A stretch of 64,000 nucleotides of DNA, taken from contig NC_087262.1 in the NCBI RefSeq assembly GCF_037042905.1, positions 6,944,001 through 7,008,000 on the forward strand, in the 5' to 3' direction. Below, one piece after another: positions 36,901-50,930 of this stretch. The position numbers and the translations under genes were made by a program. Below the pieces are notes generated by a model. It did no database searches. It was not told where the DNA came from and saw only the letters and a program-made list of their open reading frames with translations. Source of the DNA: Lytechinus pictus (Eukaryota). How positions within the stretch are numbered: position 1 is the first letter of the stretch; each line of letters opens with the position of its first letter.

Positions 36901-37500
36901 AGGACAAGTCCACCCCAACAAAAAGTTGATTGGAATAAAAGGAGAAAAATCAAACAAGCATAGCACTGAAAATTTCATCAAAATTGGATGTACAATAAGA
37001 AAGTTATGACATTTTAAAGGTTCACTTAGTTTAAAAAAAGAGTTATATGCACATCCTGGTCGGTATGCATATGAGCAGACTGATGACGTCACCCACTCAC
37101 TATTTATTTTGTATTTTATTATATGAAATTGAAAAATTCTAATTTTCTCATTGTCATGTGAAACAATATTATATTCCTCCCTGAACATATGGAATTACCA
37201 TTATTATAACAGTTTATGGCAAAGTCAAGTTGGTCCTTATTGTCAAATCTGTAAAAATTGAAATATTGAATAATTCAGACAATAAAAAACAAAAGAAATA
37301 GTGAGTGAGTGACAACATCTACTCTCTCATTTGCATATCACTGAGTTGTGCATTTAACTGTTTTGTGAAAAGTAAGTGAAACTTAAAAATGTCATAACTT
37401 TCTTATTTTACATCCAATTTTGACAAAATTTTCTGTGTTATGCTTGTTGGATTTTTCTCCTTTTATTCAAATCAACAATTTTCTGGGGTGGACTTGTCCT
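36901..37500. mobile_element. TTAA-TSD non-autonomous transposon, same family as 2258-2772
   Basis: AGGACAAGTCCACCCC … GGGGTGGACTTGTCCT with long TIRs. Confidence 0.9.
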
Positions 37501-38389
37501 TTGAATATAACATGTATTAATGAAACAGGACTAAAGAAAAATCCATTGTAGAACCATTAGATCTCCATTGTGTTCAAATGAATTTGAACTTCAGTGGTTT
37601 TGAAATAATTCATTTCGAACACCCCTTTTAAGGATTTTTTTGTCTTTGAAGCCAGCAAAAATAGCTTTAACGCAACTGTGAAAGTGGAATTGAATGTGTT
37701 TCAAAACCATGTTTACTTGGTATAGATGTTTTGATAGAACACAGCTGTGCACAGCTTATTATGTAACAGGTGTATTAAAAATAGCAGCTGTCAAATGATC
37801 AATTAAAGTACATGAAATAATGCCTGGTATTAACAATTGGTTCTCATTGTGTTATAATGCAAAATCATGATGTCTATGATATAAAATAGAAACTTGTTTT
37901 AATGTATTTGCGAGTTTACTAATTTTTAAAGAATTTTTGTCTTGGCCAAAATGAAATGAACTTCATCTCCCCCTTTAATAATGAAATACCATTTTCAAGT
38001 ATGGAATCGGCTAGAAAGATATTGGGATATAAATAATTTTGTTTAGCTTTTGCATGCCTGCATGCAATCACTTGATTTGTATAAAGATAAGTGTTTAAAG
38101 GACCGTTCTTTGACAGAATGATAATAGTAATATAAATGATTATGAATATTGATACAGTACTCAATATCTGTGATATATATACAGGTACCATTTATAAAAA
38201 CAATCAAACAGAACCATATAATTCTGATTTTTTATGGACCCAATTCATTTTATGGAATGTGAAGTGGTTTGCATATTTGGTGCGTCAATATGCAATGGCC
38301 TAATTTGATGGTAATCTCTTGAGTACTAGCACACATTGTATTTCAATATATCTTTGAATTATGGGTTTCAGACCAAGTTTGATCTTAAA

Positions 38390-39181
38390 CTAAATCTGGT
38401 CCCTAATCAAACTCCTCTCAAGGTGGTTTCAGACCGCCTTGAAGTTCGCCAGTTCCAGGTATTCTCTGATCGGGAAATTTACCCCGATCAGAAAATACCA
38501 GGTATTTTGGCGGTCTGAAAGCAAACTACGCGTAATATCCCCGAAAGAAAATACCCGATAAATAGTAGGTACTTGGCGAAATTACGAGAACTTTCGCGGG
38601 GATTTTTCCAAGGTCGTGGGTATTTTGGCGGTCTGAAAGCAAATTACGGGAACTTTTAGCCCAGCGTGTCGTTGGGTGCGGCGCCGTGCATGGGTTGCTG
38701 CTGGGCTAGTGATTTTGAATTTCGCGCCTTGCTGCTTATCAGACCATACTGCGCATGCTCGTAACTTCAGGAACTTATCCCGAAGGGTATGTTTCAGGGC
38801 GGTGTGAATGCAGGAATAATTAATGGGTATTTTTCAGCCTAAAAAAGTTCTCGTAATTTAACGGGGATTCTTGTGATCGAGGCGGTTTGAAACCACCTTC
38901 AGAGTGAGACGAGGGACCAGTCCTGATGGAATGAGATTTCAATCTTTTAAGAGTGAATTTTTACATTTTTGGAGTGGAAGTGTGCACATTTTTTAAAAAA
39001 CTCTTTCCTGATGGAATGAGATTTCAATCTTTCAAGAGTGAATTTTTACCTTTTGTGTGCATCTTTTTTACACTTCCACTCAAAAAAGGTAAAAATTCAA
39101 TCTTGAAAGGATAAAATATCATTCCATCAGGACTGGTCCCTCATCTCACTCTGAGAGGAGTGTGATTAGGGGCCAGATTAG
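38390..39181. mobile_element. Palindromic MITE interrupted by a nested MITE
   Basis: TCTGGTCCCTAATCA.ACTCCTCTCA[insert]GAGTGAGA.GAGGGACCAGTCCTGATGGAATG mirrored at 39120-39181. Confidence 0.8.
38421..38898. mobile_element. Harbinger-like MITE, TCA TSD (second copy at 62515-62951)
   Basis: TCA|AGGTGGTTTCAGACCGCCT … AGGCGGTTTGAAACCACCT|TCA. Confidence 0.9.
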
Positions 39182-39913
39182 CTCCTTTGCAGTTAGAGAG
39201 TATACCGGGTATTCTCTGATCGGGAAATAATGAGGTCTGTGAACATTATGTTACACATGTTCCCATTGATAATAGCAATGATTGGTTCATGCCTGGCCAG
39301 TTCCCATCTATTCCCGCCAGAGTGGCAATTAATAATTAATGAAATTAGGCAATTATTAATGGGTATAATGAGTTCAATATTATTGAATAGATTTTTATCC
39401 TTGTTCAAATAAGACCATTCTCGATTGAATCCCCACCTTGGCTAGACGGACGTGGTTGGCAAATAGGCGTTAAAAAATATTTGCATTGCACAGTATCACT
39501 ATCAGTGTCTTATCGTTGAATCTTGTAGAAAATAAATGTGTTTACTTAAAACTGCGTCATGAAAATGATAGGCGTTATTTAATTAATTGTTTCATCAATT
39601 GTGCATATTCCTTTTTTGAAAGCAAAGTGGGTATTGTTTTGTGTATATATTCCTTTTTTGAGAGCAAATTGAGTATTTTTCTACAATTACTATAAATGTA
39701 AGCAACACTTTACATGACAAAGGGGCGCAAATATTATTTTTATTGCAAACTGATGGATATGGAAATATTCAAGCCAGCTTTGTCCATGGTTCATTGTACA
39801 TATCGAAGTATAATTAAAGAAAGTCTCCTAAGGAGTCTCTCAAAAAATATTTTAAACTTTACACTGGTTGATGCATTATGCATTTAGTGATTCTAATTCT
39901 TGCCTGTCAATTA

Positions 39914-40075
39914 TACCATGGTCACATTTGCTCTACGGCGACCGTACGGCGAGTCGAAAACAGCCGTTTTATTAATCTTGATCCAAACCACCTATATGTA
40001 GTTGATACAAAAAATGTTCAAACGGCTGTTTTCGACTCGCCGTACGGCCACCGTAGAGCAAATGTGACCAGGGTA
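39914..40075. mobile_element. Palindromic MITE of about 160 bp, copy 3
   Basis: Same family as 648-808. Confidence 0.9.
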
Positions 40076-40218
40076 GTAGGGTAGAATCTTAAAAGACATT
40101 CCTTTGTTTACATGCCACCAAACCATGGTGAATGGGCAAAGTCCTACAGGTACAGGTCAGATTGGGCCCTGAAATTAGTCTGTTGGGGTTACACTCCATT
40201 CCAGATAATAAAAAAAGA

Positions 40219-40463
40219 CCGGGGGGGGGGGGGCATTTCACAAAGAGTTACATTGTTAGTTTGACTTAAGGTTACGCTTAAATGCAAATGCGCACGTGCT
40301 ATTTAACTCGTAATCCGATTGATGGATCCACTGTAGGACGTGTCCCGTGCGCATGATTTGACCAATGCGGTGATGATTTATATATACTGTATGCAAAATT
40401 GGGAAATTTAATTGCGACTCTACATGTAAGTCACACTTGGATATTTGTGAAACATGCCCCAGG
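40219..40463. mobile_element. MITE with CCGGGG…CCCCAGG ends
   Basis: GGGGCATTTCACAAA / TTTGTGAAACATGCCCC. Confidence 0.7.
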
Positions 40464-40511
40464 AATTAGTTTTGATGTGTGTGTGAGAGAGAGAGAGAGG
40501 GTCAGTGTGTG

Positions 40512-40763
40512 CACTGTTAAAAAAAATATGTGATTTTACAGAATAAAAGAGATTTTGCAGAAGGCAATAACAGAATCCTTCTGTAAATTCATAAAACAGG
40601 AATTTTTCTGCAATTTAACAGAACAGGTCTGTTTAAATTTGTAAGATTCCATACACCAAATACCAATTTCCTGTAAGATTACGCAATCTGGTAAGATTAC
40701 AGGTGTTCTTGAGACTCTGCTGCAGGAACTTCTTTTATTTTAAGGATAAATTTTCTAACAGTG
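40512..40763. mobile_element. CACTG…CAGTG MITE, TG TSD
   Basis: TG|CACTGTTA…TAACAGTG|TG. Confidence 0.7.
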
Positions 40764-42972
40764 TGAGAGAGGGAGTTTGTGTGTGTAATATTCAGGAATA
40801 GGAAATGCCAGCAAGGCACTACTGTTCAGTTTCTTTTCCTGTTTGTAGAGACCTCATTTTACTTTGTCGGAAATAAGAGAGAGCATGGTTTTAATTACTT
40901 TCCGATTTGGGCAATAATAGAGGTAGGATGTTCTGCAATTCGAACATGTCCATAACCTAGTCCTACATTGTGTTCAGGAAAGCTATAGAATCAAGTGATC
41001 TGCCTGAAGACATTGTTCAAGACATTGTTCCAATGTATGAATTATTATAAAAAGCAGAATATTGCTATTATTATTACCATTGTTTGAATTCAATTAAAAT
41101 AAATACATATACCGGGAAAGGCCAAGTCCACCTGGACAACAAGTTCAAATAAGTATTAAAATAGAAAATAAAGAAAAATCAAGCAAGCCTAATGCTAATG
41201 AATGTTCATCAAAATTGTAGTGAGAAATAGAAATAAAAAAATTGTAAATTTTGATGTTTTGCTTAATTAAAAAGAAAAAGAAGACAAAAAAAGAAGAAGA
41301 CATGCTCAGTATGGGTGGTACGCAAATGACGGAACCGATGATATCACACACTATTTGTTTTGAATATTGTGTCATTTTAATTGTGCTATGTGAAATATGG
41401 AATATTTACGTCTTTTTACTCCTATGATATAAGATACTTGGTTTTTAGAGTATCTGAGAAATGGACCAACTGCTTGGAGACCGTATGACTATGAACAGTC
41501 AAATGAGACCTTCTGGTTCTAAGAGAAATTGAAGTGAAGGAATATTCGTATCGAATCCTGTTTCTCATCTCCTTGCATCTTACATTTCGCTCAAGGATGC
41601 TCATCCCTATGATATGAATCTAAATTGAATAGGAATTTTCTCGTTAGATGCAACCCAATCCGATCGATTGCATTTTAATGGAAAACATCTTCTTAGACCT
41701 TCATGCGACAGAGAATATTTCCAAGGGCAAAGGATTAGAAATTCATTGCATGAAACAGGCTCTCAGCAAATTTTTGATATTATTTGAAAGCATTTCCGAA
41801 CATTTCCTGGAATGGTTTATTTCTCCCGGTCGTCTTTCACATATTTATCAGCAAGCTACTGTGTATTGGAGAGAGTTTGGCATTGACATCCTGTTCACAT
41901 CTACTTCCTTGAACTAGTTTGGTGGAAACCAGTTTCATGTGTAATGGGAATGCTTGAAGCGGCCTTGGAAGCAATCTGAAGTGGTCTTGTGAACCAGTTT
42001 GGAAGACCGCCTCGCGATGTGGTTTTCAAAGACCGCGCTTTGCTCCGTGAAACTGGATTAAGTGTAGATGCAGACGCTACCGGTTTTCGGGAAGCGATCT
42101 TTGCTTACATGTAGAAGTACAAGAGTGTGTGCATGTTGGGTGACCTTCTCAGTACACTACCCTGGGTAAATAAAACGTTATTATGATGATTTTATTTTAA
42201 CACACTGTACAGAATGCCCACGCTGCTGTTTCAAATTTTGCGTGAAATATGTGACTCCACTGAGAGTGTTCCCATAGCAGCAGGACCACTTTACTTGAAG
42301 TGGTTCTGGAAACCAGTTCAGGAAAGAAGATGTGAATGGTGTATTTTTTTCGATAGCCCCCTGAAATTACATGCTCATGGTAATCACAGTGCCCCGATAG
42401 CACATTCATGATTTTTTAAAAGGAAGTTTTATATGGGGGTAGTTTGCTGAGCAAATCCTTCACTTGAAGAATGTTGTCTGAATATGCAGCCTTATGCCAT
42501 TGGCAGTGACTGCACTCTGCTCAGGAATTGAAACAGCAGGTTGTAGCTGTGCTAGTCTTGTGGTGCTAAGACCCACTTGTTGGTTTCAATCATGGTCCAA
42601 ACTCCAACGAAAAGGGCTGGGTGAAGTCTCTTTATAGGCCCCTGTTACATATGCATCGGGTTTGAAGCCAAACCCGGTACTGGCTTTGGAGCTGCCTTCA
42701 CACCTACAATTTTAACCCATCTCGAGATCATTATACCCTATTACACATGGGCTGAGGCCCACAATTGTGTGTCTACACTAAATAATACATGGGCCTGCTT
42801 CATATTGCATATTCATGTGATAGTAGTCACCTGACATTACATATAAAATGATGCGTTGTTGCTATAAAGTACTCTTTGCTATCACTTTCACCTTCATGCC
42901 AGCCTGAGTCCACTTGGGGGTGCTATACATCACCCATTCTGGGACCGAGTCCTAAATTTCAATCTTTCAATA

Positions 42973-43244
42973 TAATAATAATATAGGATTTGTATAGCGC
43001 ACGTATCCACCTTGCTAGGTGCTCAAGGCACTCCATTACCCCGGCTAAGCTAGTCTACCGATTCTGGTGCGCACAGCTTTTTGAGGAATTACTTCCTGCC
43101 GGTACCCATTTACCTCACCTGGGTCGTGTGCAGCACAGTGTGGATAAATTTCTTGCTGAAGGAAAACACGCCATGGCTAGGATTCGAACCCACGACCCTC
43201 TGTTTGAAAGGTGAGAGTCAGAACCACTAGACCACCATGCGCCC
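42973..43244 (-). mobile_element. Full-length tRNA-derived SINE
   Basis: Minus strand GGGCGCATGGTGGTCTAGTGG (A box), GGTTCGAATCC (B box), core shared with 32004-32268, (TTA)n tail. Confidence 0.9.
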
Positions 43245-44094
43245 ACATATTCTGTTGTAGTGGTACTCTACATGTAACGGCAATGCATATTTGGTATTGG
43301 ACTTTGGTCTGCGCTTGTTTTCAGTGAAAAAGTGCCGGGCCAAGACAGCGTTCAGAGCTGGGCCAAATGCGCGGTCAATTGTGGTATGGCATTTGGCCTT
43401 TTTTTTTTTCGGCTCAGCCCGGCTTCACTTTAATCGGGCTTTAGCTTTTTTTGAGTACGAACAAGTTTCACTTGCATTTCTTCATCGTAGGAAAAAGGGA
43501 AGGAAAAGGTTCTTTTTCCTTTTCCTGAATGTAATAGTACCAAGCATTTATTGATTTCAATTGCTTCCGGATTTGAATAGGATGGTAAATAGTCGAGGCA
43601 AAAGGGATTGTGAAACTCCTATACATGAATATTAATTGTGTAGAAGTATTAACTGTAGTCCCACATGTAGAGAATATTATATCCTTTTCTTATTATTTTG
43701 TTGAACATTAAACCTAGTATAGATACATGAGGTACAAATACATAAATACACTGTAAAAACTGGTGTTAAGTACCACACCTATGTTGCAAGAAAGTTTGAA
43801 CTTAAAATTTAATGATATTAAAGAATTACAAGCAGAATGGGTGAATAAAGTAAATTGTATGAGAAGTATATGTATTTTTTAGAGTCATAACCTTAAAATG
43901 ACCCTGAGGCAGCAGTCTGAGAAAAAAAGGCAAAATTGTCAATCACCTGTTTTTGCTGGAGCATTGTAAAGGAGTAGTTTCTAATTGATAGCTTTTCTGA
44001 AAAGTCTTAATAATTGATGAAGCAGAGTTGTAGCTGATTAATTACCAAGGTGATCCGTAAATAGCATATTGCGATGCTCTCCTTTCAATAGACA

Positions 44095-44650
44095 GAGGGA
44101 AGGGGTGAGAGATTGCAATTAGTAAGGGAGGGAGAGAGATGGAAGGAGGGTGATGGAGGGAGGGAGGGAGGGAGGAAGGGAGAGGAGAGGGAAAAGAGGG
44201 GAGAGGAGAGGAAAAAGGGGAGATGAGGAGGGGGAAGAGGAGAAAGGAGGAGGGGGAAGAGGGGAGAGGAGGGGGAAGAGGGGAGAGGAGGGGGGGGGGA
44301 GAGGAGGGGGGGGGGAAAGGAGGGGGGGGGGGGGGAAGGAGGGGGGGGGGAAGAAGGGGAGAGTGGAATTAGAGGAATTGAAGGGGAGAGACAGAGGGAG
44401 GGCAATGGAGGGAGGGAGGGGGAGAGAAGGGGATAGGAGAGACAGGGTGAGGGCAATGGAGATAGAGAGGGGGATGGGAGAGGGAAGGGGGAGCTCCACG
44501 AGAGAGTGAGGTGTGAGGAGGAGGGGGAGAACAAGGGTGGGAGAAAGGTAAAGAAGGTGAGTAGAGAAAAAGAGAGAAAGAGATGGAATGAGAGCAAGTA
44601 AGAAAGAGACTAGAATAAGAGCAAACAAAAAGGAAGAGAGGAAAAGGTGT
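44095..44650. repeat. G/A-rich polypurine tract
   Basis: Directly visible, with many G-runs. Confidence 0.95.
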
Positions 44651-45965
44651 AGTAAAGAAATCAACATCTAATGAGAATATTTTACAAAATGCATTTTGAA
44701 AGGAGTTTAATAGTTTTACAATAACAATTTAAATCAGTTGTGCGATTTTACTAGTCTTGGAAAAAATTAATATTTTTTTTCCAGGGCTACTTTTGAGCTC
44801 ACCAGCTCAAATATCCCAATTTGTATCAAAGTTAACATTGGACCCAATATGAATTTCAGGGGCCCTATTTTTAGTTTTCGAGGGTTCTTTAGGGCATTTC
44901 GGGGGCGAATTCGATCCGAGCCCCCTTGTAATTTTTTCCCTGGTCTCTCTCTCTCTCTATTAATCTCTCTATTCTGTATTCTATTTAAATGTAAGTATTG
45001 ATTTAATTTTGAATATTATGATGGCAGTGTACATGTACTGTATGCTTCACCAAAAAAAGGGAAAGATGACGGTTTTTCAAATTGAACATTTTTTCAAGCT
45101 GACCCAGTTGCAATGATGGTGACATTGCAGGCTGATAAATTGATTAAATGTTGTAGATGGTCGACCGAGTTTAAATTTATTGAAAGACTCCAATCAAATT
45201 GCATATCACGTGAATCGATGTATTCCATGGTAACAGGAAACCATCGATTCTAACACCTCCCTGCCTGCTGCATGAAAGCCAAAGCTCAAAGCAACGACAT
45301 CATATCAGAGATTGAAAATTCATCGCTTCTAATATGATGTTACTCATAATGTCTTGTGCAGTGTGATTATGAAATCTCAAATTTTCTAAGGTCTCCAAAA
45401 TAAAATCATGAAATTTTAAAAACTACTACATGTATATGCATTTCATCTTTTGTTTTTGCAAGACAATTCATGGTATGGTTGCAAGAATGCCTTTATCACT
45501 GCATAAATGTTGATGCAAGTTGTCTTTTTCACCACATATTCCCCCATTTTTTCTGATGCCCATGATCAATAAATTTGAGGATAAATTTGCATAATTCAAG
45601 CAGTTATTCAAGCAAATGAAGTAGAAGTATTGTATCGAATTATACAGATTTCTTTTAGTGAAGTCTTCTATTCATCCTCGCAGTACATGCACACATGTAA
45701 ATGGAAACAATCCACAAAATAGCTTGAGCCTTTGTTCAGCGCTTTTCATTTCTGTCCAAGAAAAAAATATATGACCTGGAACTAAAACCCATGCTGTTGA
45801 TCTGTTCAGAACTCTCTCCCGGCTTGTGCGATAGATGTTCCTGCAGTTGTGAATGAGTCGTTTTGGCATAGTAATCACCTAATTAATTAGAGAGAATCAA
45901 ATGATATTGGCTGGAGAATGCGCAAGCTTCATAGAACTCAAGTTTGTCTTGAAATTGGACGCTTA

Positions 45966-46693
45966 TACCCCTTTCATATTGCGCTTTTCACCGGCAAACT
46001 TCACCGGCGAAGTTCGCCAGCGAAGGGGAAAGTGTCCAGAATGAAAGGTAGAATGAAAAGGCCAGTATGAAAGCAAACCGGAGAACTTCTCCTCTTTAAT
46101 GACGTCAGAGGTCAATTTTTTTTCTCTCCCGAAGTCCCCTGTACCGAGATTGCGCGCGATAGTTGCAAGCTCAGCTGAATGCTATGGCCAAGTAGATACC
46201 CTCAAACATTTTTTTTTTTTACTAACATTATTTATTAAAAAGCACTTTTACATGTATAAAATACGCTAAAATATAAAAACAAAGTGATATTGTTTGTTTT
46301 TCTCGTAATACTTCCAAAATATGTTTTAATTAATTTTTGTGTATACCTCTTTGTAATAGGTAATAAGAAATGTTTACAAATTTCTTTCGTTTGGTCTGCA
46401 CGTGCCGAGCACTGACTAAATCAAGGGAATACTGACACTGTTTACTAGATCTAGCCGTCATCTTGACAACTTTACTATAAACAAGTAAGATCTCCACAAT
46501 TAAAGGAATAAATAATAGTGGTGCCGCGGAAATGCCGAATGAGGCCAATCGCCCGTTGACTTTTGCCGGAGAAGAAATGTCAGTGCGAAAGGGTACATTT
46601 TTTTCTTCGCCGGGGAAGTGAGGAATGCGAGGCAGAGAAGTTTGCCGGCGAAGTTCGCCGGTTAAAAATGAAGAGGGCAGTATCAAAGGGGTA
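45966..46693. mobile_element. PIF/Harbinger-like MITE, TTA TSD
   Basis: TTA|TACCCCTTT … AAAGGGGTA|TTA, with subterminal CCGGCGAAGTTCGCC repeats. Confidence 0.85.
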
Positions 46694-49215
46694 TTAGTTT
46701 GTGGTATGCCATGGTGGCATTTTAGCAATGAAATGTAGCACTTAAGGTGTTCTTGCACAAATACAACACAATTATGATAAAAATTTACAAGTGAGAGCAA
46801 CATTTATTCACTGTTTCTATTGAATATGTAGAATATGACCTTGCTCTTCAAACGAATTGATCCACGAGTGGGTCGTAAATAAGCAATAGAGTTGCAATCA
46901 ATATTAGGGCCGTATAATATCAATAATTCAAGCAATATTGATTTTAAAATAATTGAATGATCCTTGGTCAAGGTTGGTTTAGTTTTATAACTATGGTTGC
47001 AATCAATAATCATTTTTTGCATTCGGCTTATGTTCCAGAAGTCTGTTACCTCGACCTGAGGGACATTTAACATGAAGCATAGTGATTGATTGCAGAGCTG
47101 ATTTTTACGATTGATTATGGCCAATAATGAATGCAATCAATCGTAGGAATCATCCCGATGGTCAATTGCTATTAAAGCTTTATGTTACGGGGTCCAATAT
47201 TTCATATTTTATTTTAATAGTTACTAGGGAGTTTTAGCACAGTGGTGCAGAATGAATCCTTCAACGCTGCAAATACATTAAAAATGCAAAGAACTATGAA
47301 GTTTTTGTTGAGGGTCTGTGAATTGGAACAGCGGTTTTGTCTTACGTTTCAGAGGTGACGAAAAATTGCAGATATGCTGTTTCTCCAGATTCACCGACGA
47401 AACTGCTGTTTCGATTCACCAACCCTTGACAAAGAACGAAGCGCAAGTGGGCCACCGCATTTTCTATTTCAGGTGACAACTTCTCAAGATTACCGTGTTT
47501 CCATTTCCTTGACTTATAAGGAATAATGGCTTTCACTTCAACACTTCCACTGCCATCATTAAATAGTATTGATATTGCCTTTCAAAATGTACAATAGCAA
47601 TGGATATTGCATGCAAAGTGCCAGTAAGCTGTTTGATTGATATCTACAGTGTATCTGCCTCCATATGAAGGAAATATGTTTATGTATACAAGAAGAGATG
47701 TAGCCCACTTAAACTGCGCATTTTTAAAATGTCATCTTGCCGCTTTAATGGTGACTACGGCATCCTGGTTCCGTACCCCCCTCTCTCCGGGACAGATTTA
47801 CGGCTCGCGAGTCATGTGCGATGCAGGCCAATTTAGGTCCCGGGCCTAATAGAATAAAAGCCGATACTTGTCATGGCAGATGAAACTAGAGCTGAAAAAA
47901 CAGTGGCGGCTCTGTCGGTTGTTTGTTTGGATGAGTATATTGGCCTTATTTGGGACGATGCATGCAGTCATTGATCAGATGGGCTGACAGAAATCATGAA
48001 ATATGAACCATGGATGTTTGAAGCAGGGACATGTGTAACATGAAATGTTCACTTTATTCTTTCCCCTTGGAAATGGTCAATTTCGATGAATGTTTTGAAG
48101 ATTTCCTCGGGATCCATTTAAGCTGTGATCTAGTATTACTTTCGTCATATTTACTTGGTTCTGGTTATGTCCGACAGGTAAAATCATATCAAATCAAAAT
48201 AGGTTTCTTGTATGGATGCCTTCTAATGAGTTGAAATATGTTTTCATCATCTTCAAAGTAATATTGATCTCAAACTTCCATTAAATAATCGAGTTGGTTT
48301 TGAATCAATCACAACTCTTTAAATGATCTACCCAGGACGTTGTTTCGCAAGACTTTTGTAGCCTTAAATCTGTACAAATTTCAATAGAGACAAGAGCTTG
48401 TAGTTTTATAAAAGTACAGAATGGCTTCTCTTTGTTTACAGTACAGTATGTAATTCTAAGTAAAATTTGCTGGTATATTTTGGCCTTGACATTTGAAAGT
48501 ATCAGATTTGATAATGATTTTGGAGAGACCTTTAAAAAATAATACAGTGTGCTTTTGTATGATATACAGTGTCTCAAAGAATTATTATACAAGTACTATA
48601 CTGTATACAACAATATACAAAATGAGAAGATGAACTTTGGTGGAATTTGTTAGGAATAGTTTGACTTTTGTTCATCCACTCTTTTTACAGTGTTTTTAAT
48701 GTACAGTGTACAAATAATCCCTGTGTGGACTGTATGTATATTAGGCATTCTCAATAGTGGCATATATGTATGAACCTCACAGTGTAACAGGCCTTGTGAA
48801 GTGACACATGTAAGCCCAAATTACATTTTCCCATTTTTTTCATAAATTTTATTTAATTTGTGTTTTCTTTATTTATATTAATTGATAACAGAAGTTTTGG
48901 GGCAATTAATAGGCCCGATATTTGAGCAACAAAATTTTCTTCAGGGTAAACTTCCCCTTTATTGCTTCACCTCCAACATGAGAACATGAGTTGGACAGTT
49001 ACATAGCACATATTTCCAATAACAAATGTGGAGCTTCAACAAAACCAATTGACAATGACTAATATATAACTGATAGGCTTTATATAGCATTGAAATGAAC
49101 ATTCTTTGGAAAATTTGGAATGAGTGTATACATGTAGATTTGTAGACACTGGTTTAGGTTACATGGGCATTCTGTTCAAAATATTTCTTTCACAGTTTGG
49201 GATATTTATAGTCTT

Positions 49216-49373
49216 CCAGGGCCCTGTTGCATAAAAAAGTTACTATTATGGTTAATCTTTGCCAACCAATGGTAACTACCATGGTAACGCTGATCACCAA
49301 CCAATCAAAATCAAGGATTCCAGACAAGTTACAATTGTATGGCAAAAAATACCATTATGGTAACAGGGCCCGG
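49216..49373. mobile_element. MITE with CCWGGGCCCTGTT ends (partial relative at about 27130-27280)
   Basis: GGGCCCTGTT / AACAGGGCCC TIR, central CCATGGTAAC. Confidence 0.75.
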
Positions 49374-50837
49374 AACAGGTTCTTCGATTTTTTTCTTCAA
49401 GATTTTGATTTAAAGGTGTTTCCAGAAAACAAGGATGTTCACATTGAATTGATGCCCTTTAGGGTTATCATATTTCTACGATATCTCTTGTAGTAGAAGT
49501 GTAAGGGAAAGCAGGGTGAGATCACTCAGCAAAGTTGCTGGTGGATTTTGTAATTCCATACCCTACTTAACATGTACTTTCATGTACTTTCCACAACTTC
49601 TTTCCACTTTGTAAACTCCTCAATTTGTTTATAGGCAAGAACCTTCAAATCAAACTTGGGTTGTAGCTGTACTTAGGAGACCTGCTTTGTGTTCTGAGGT
49701 CACATGGTAAAGGTCAAAGGTAATTTTGAGGTCAATATTAAAGTTTACATGTATGCAAGAGTCTTGCGACAAATGTTTTTCCATCCCTGTTATTTCACAA
49801 TGAACTTTTGATACAATTCTGTTGCGTGCCCTTGCAAATCGCGATATTTCTGGTCATTTTCACAAGTGAGCGAGACACATTATCGTTTATGCCTTGTTTT
49901 GTGTTGGGACCCTTTAACATAAATCTTAGCAATTGATTATTTGCCTGATTTTTTACAATTGATCATGCACATTAATCAAATGTAATTAATTGTAGAAATA
50001 AGTCCCATTCATTGGTACTGTGTTATGTTATACAGGGCCCTTTTCTGTCGCAATGTAAATAGTGATGACTCCCCCTTGCCCCCATTCAAAAAAAAAAAAG
50101 AAAGAATCTTGAGCAAATTTAAAATAAAGTGGCCTAAATGCTGTTTGAAATTTCAAAAATGTTGTTTAACCCAGTCACTCTAACAATAAGTTGCTTAAAC
50201 TTTAAAACAATCGCTAGAAAAACCAACTTGTTTAAAACTAAAAAAAAAGTTAAAACTAGTTGTTGAAGTTGACAGGCATGATACACAGTCTTATTTATGT
50301 TTCGCAGAAGAAATTTCTATGAATTGATCTAGATAGAGGTCTCTCTTTTGAGTAATTTATTTTCTTTAATTACCTTTAAAATGTAGATAGGAAAGTTACC
50401 TCATCATTTATAAATGCAGTGTGAATTATGATTGAAATGAGTCGGACATGTCTTGTTCCAAATGGTCGATTTTTCTTTGTAGAGGACTAATGTATGCGCT
50501 AAATTTACAATAATGCAAAATAAGATAAGTTGTAACTCTTCTTTACAAGCTTTTTTTATCTATTTTAGGGTATAAAAGCAAGTTTGTGGTGCATAAAAGC
50601 TGGTTTGTGGTGCTTGGATGCAGACCAATGGCTATATGGGTGAATGGATATGTAAAGAGGATTTGAGCTGAAGCCTGGGAACTTGCAAGATAGGCTTTGA
50701 TTTTTTTTTTGTATTCGAGGTCACTGACATCAATGAGTGTGTACCGGTATGTAGAGGAATGTAGTGAACAGAATGATAGATTGGATGGACTGATGAATGC
50801 AAAGGTATTATGGTTGGATGAATATGTGGAAAGGAAG

Positions 50838-50857
50838 AAAGATAGATAGAGAGATAT

Positions 50858-50918
<61 letters not shown>

Positions 50919-50930
50919 TAGATAGATAGA
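50838..50930. repeat. (GATA)n(GACA)n microsatellite
   Basis: Directly visible. Confidence 0.95.

Noticed and set aside
44085-44667. ORFs of 119-182 aa rich in P/S/L or G/R/E
   Set aside because: Artefacts of the polypurine tract.
46330-46803. 157-aa minus-strand ORF
   Set aside because: Overlaps a MITE end and has no transposase or other recognisable motif.
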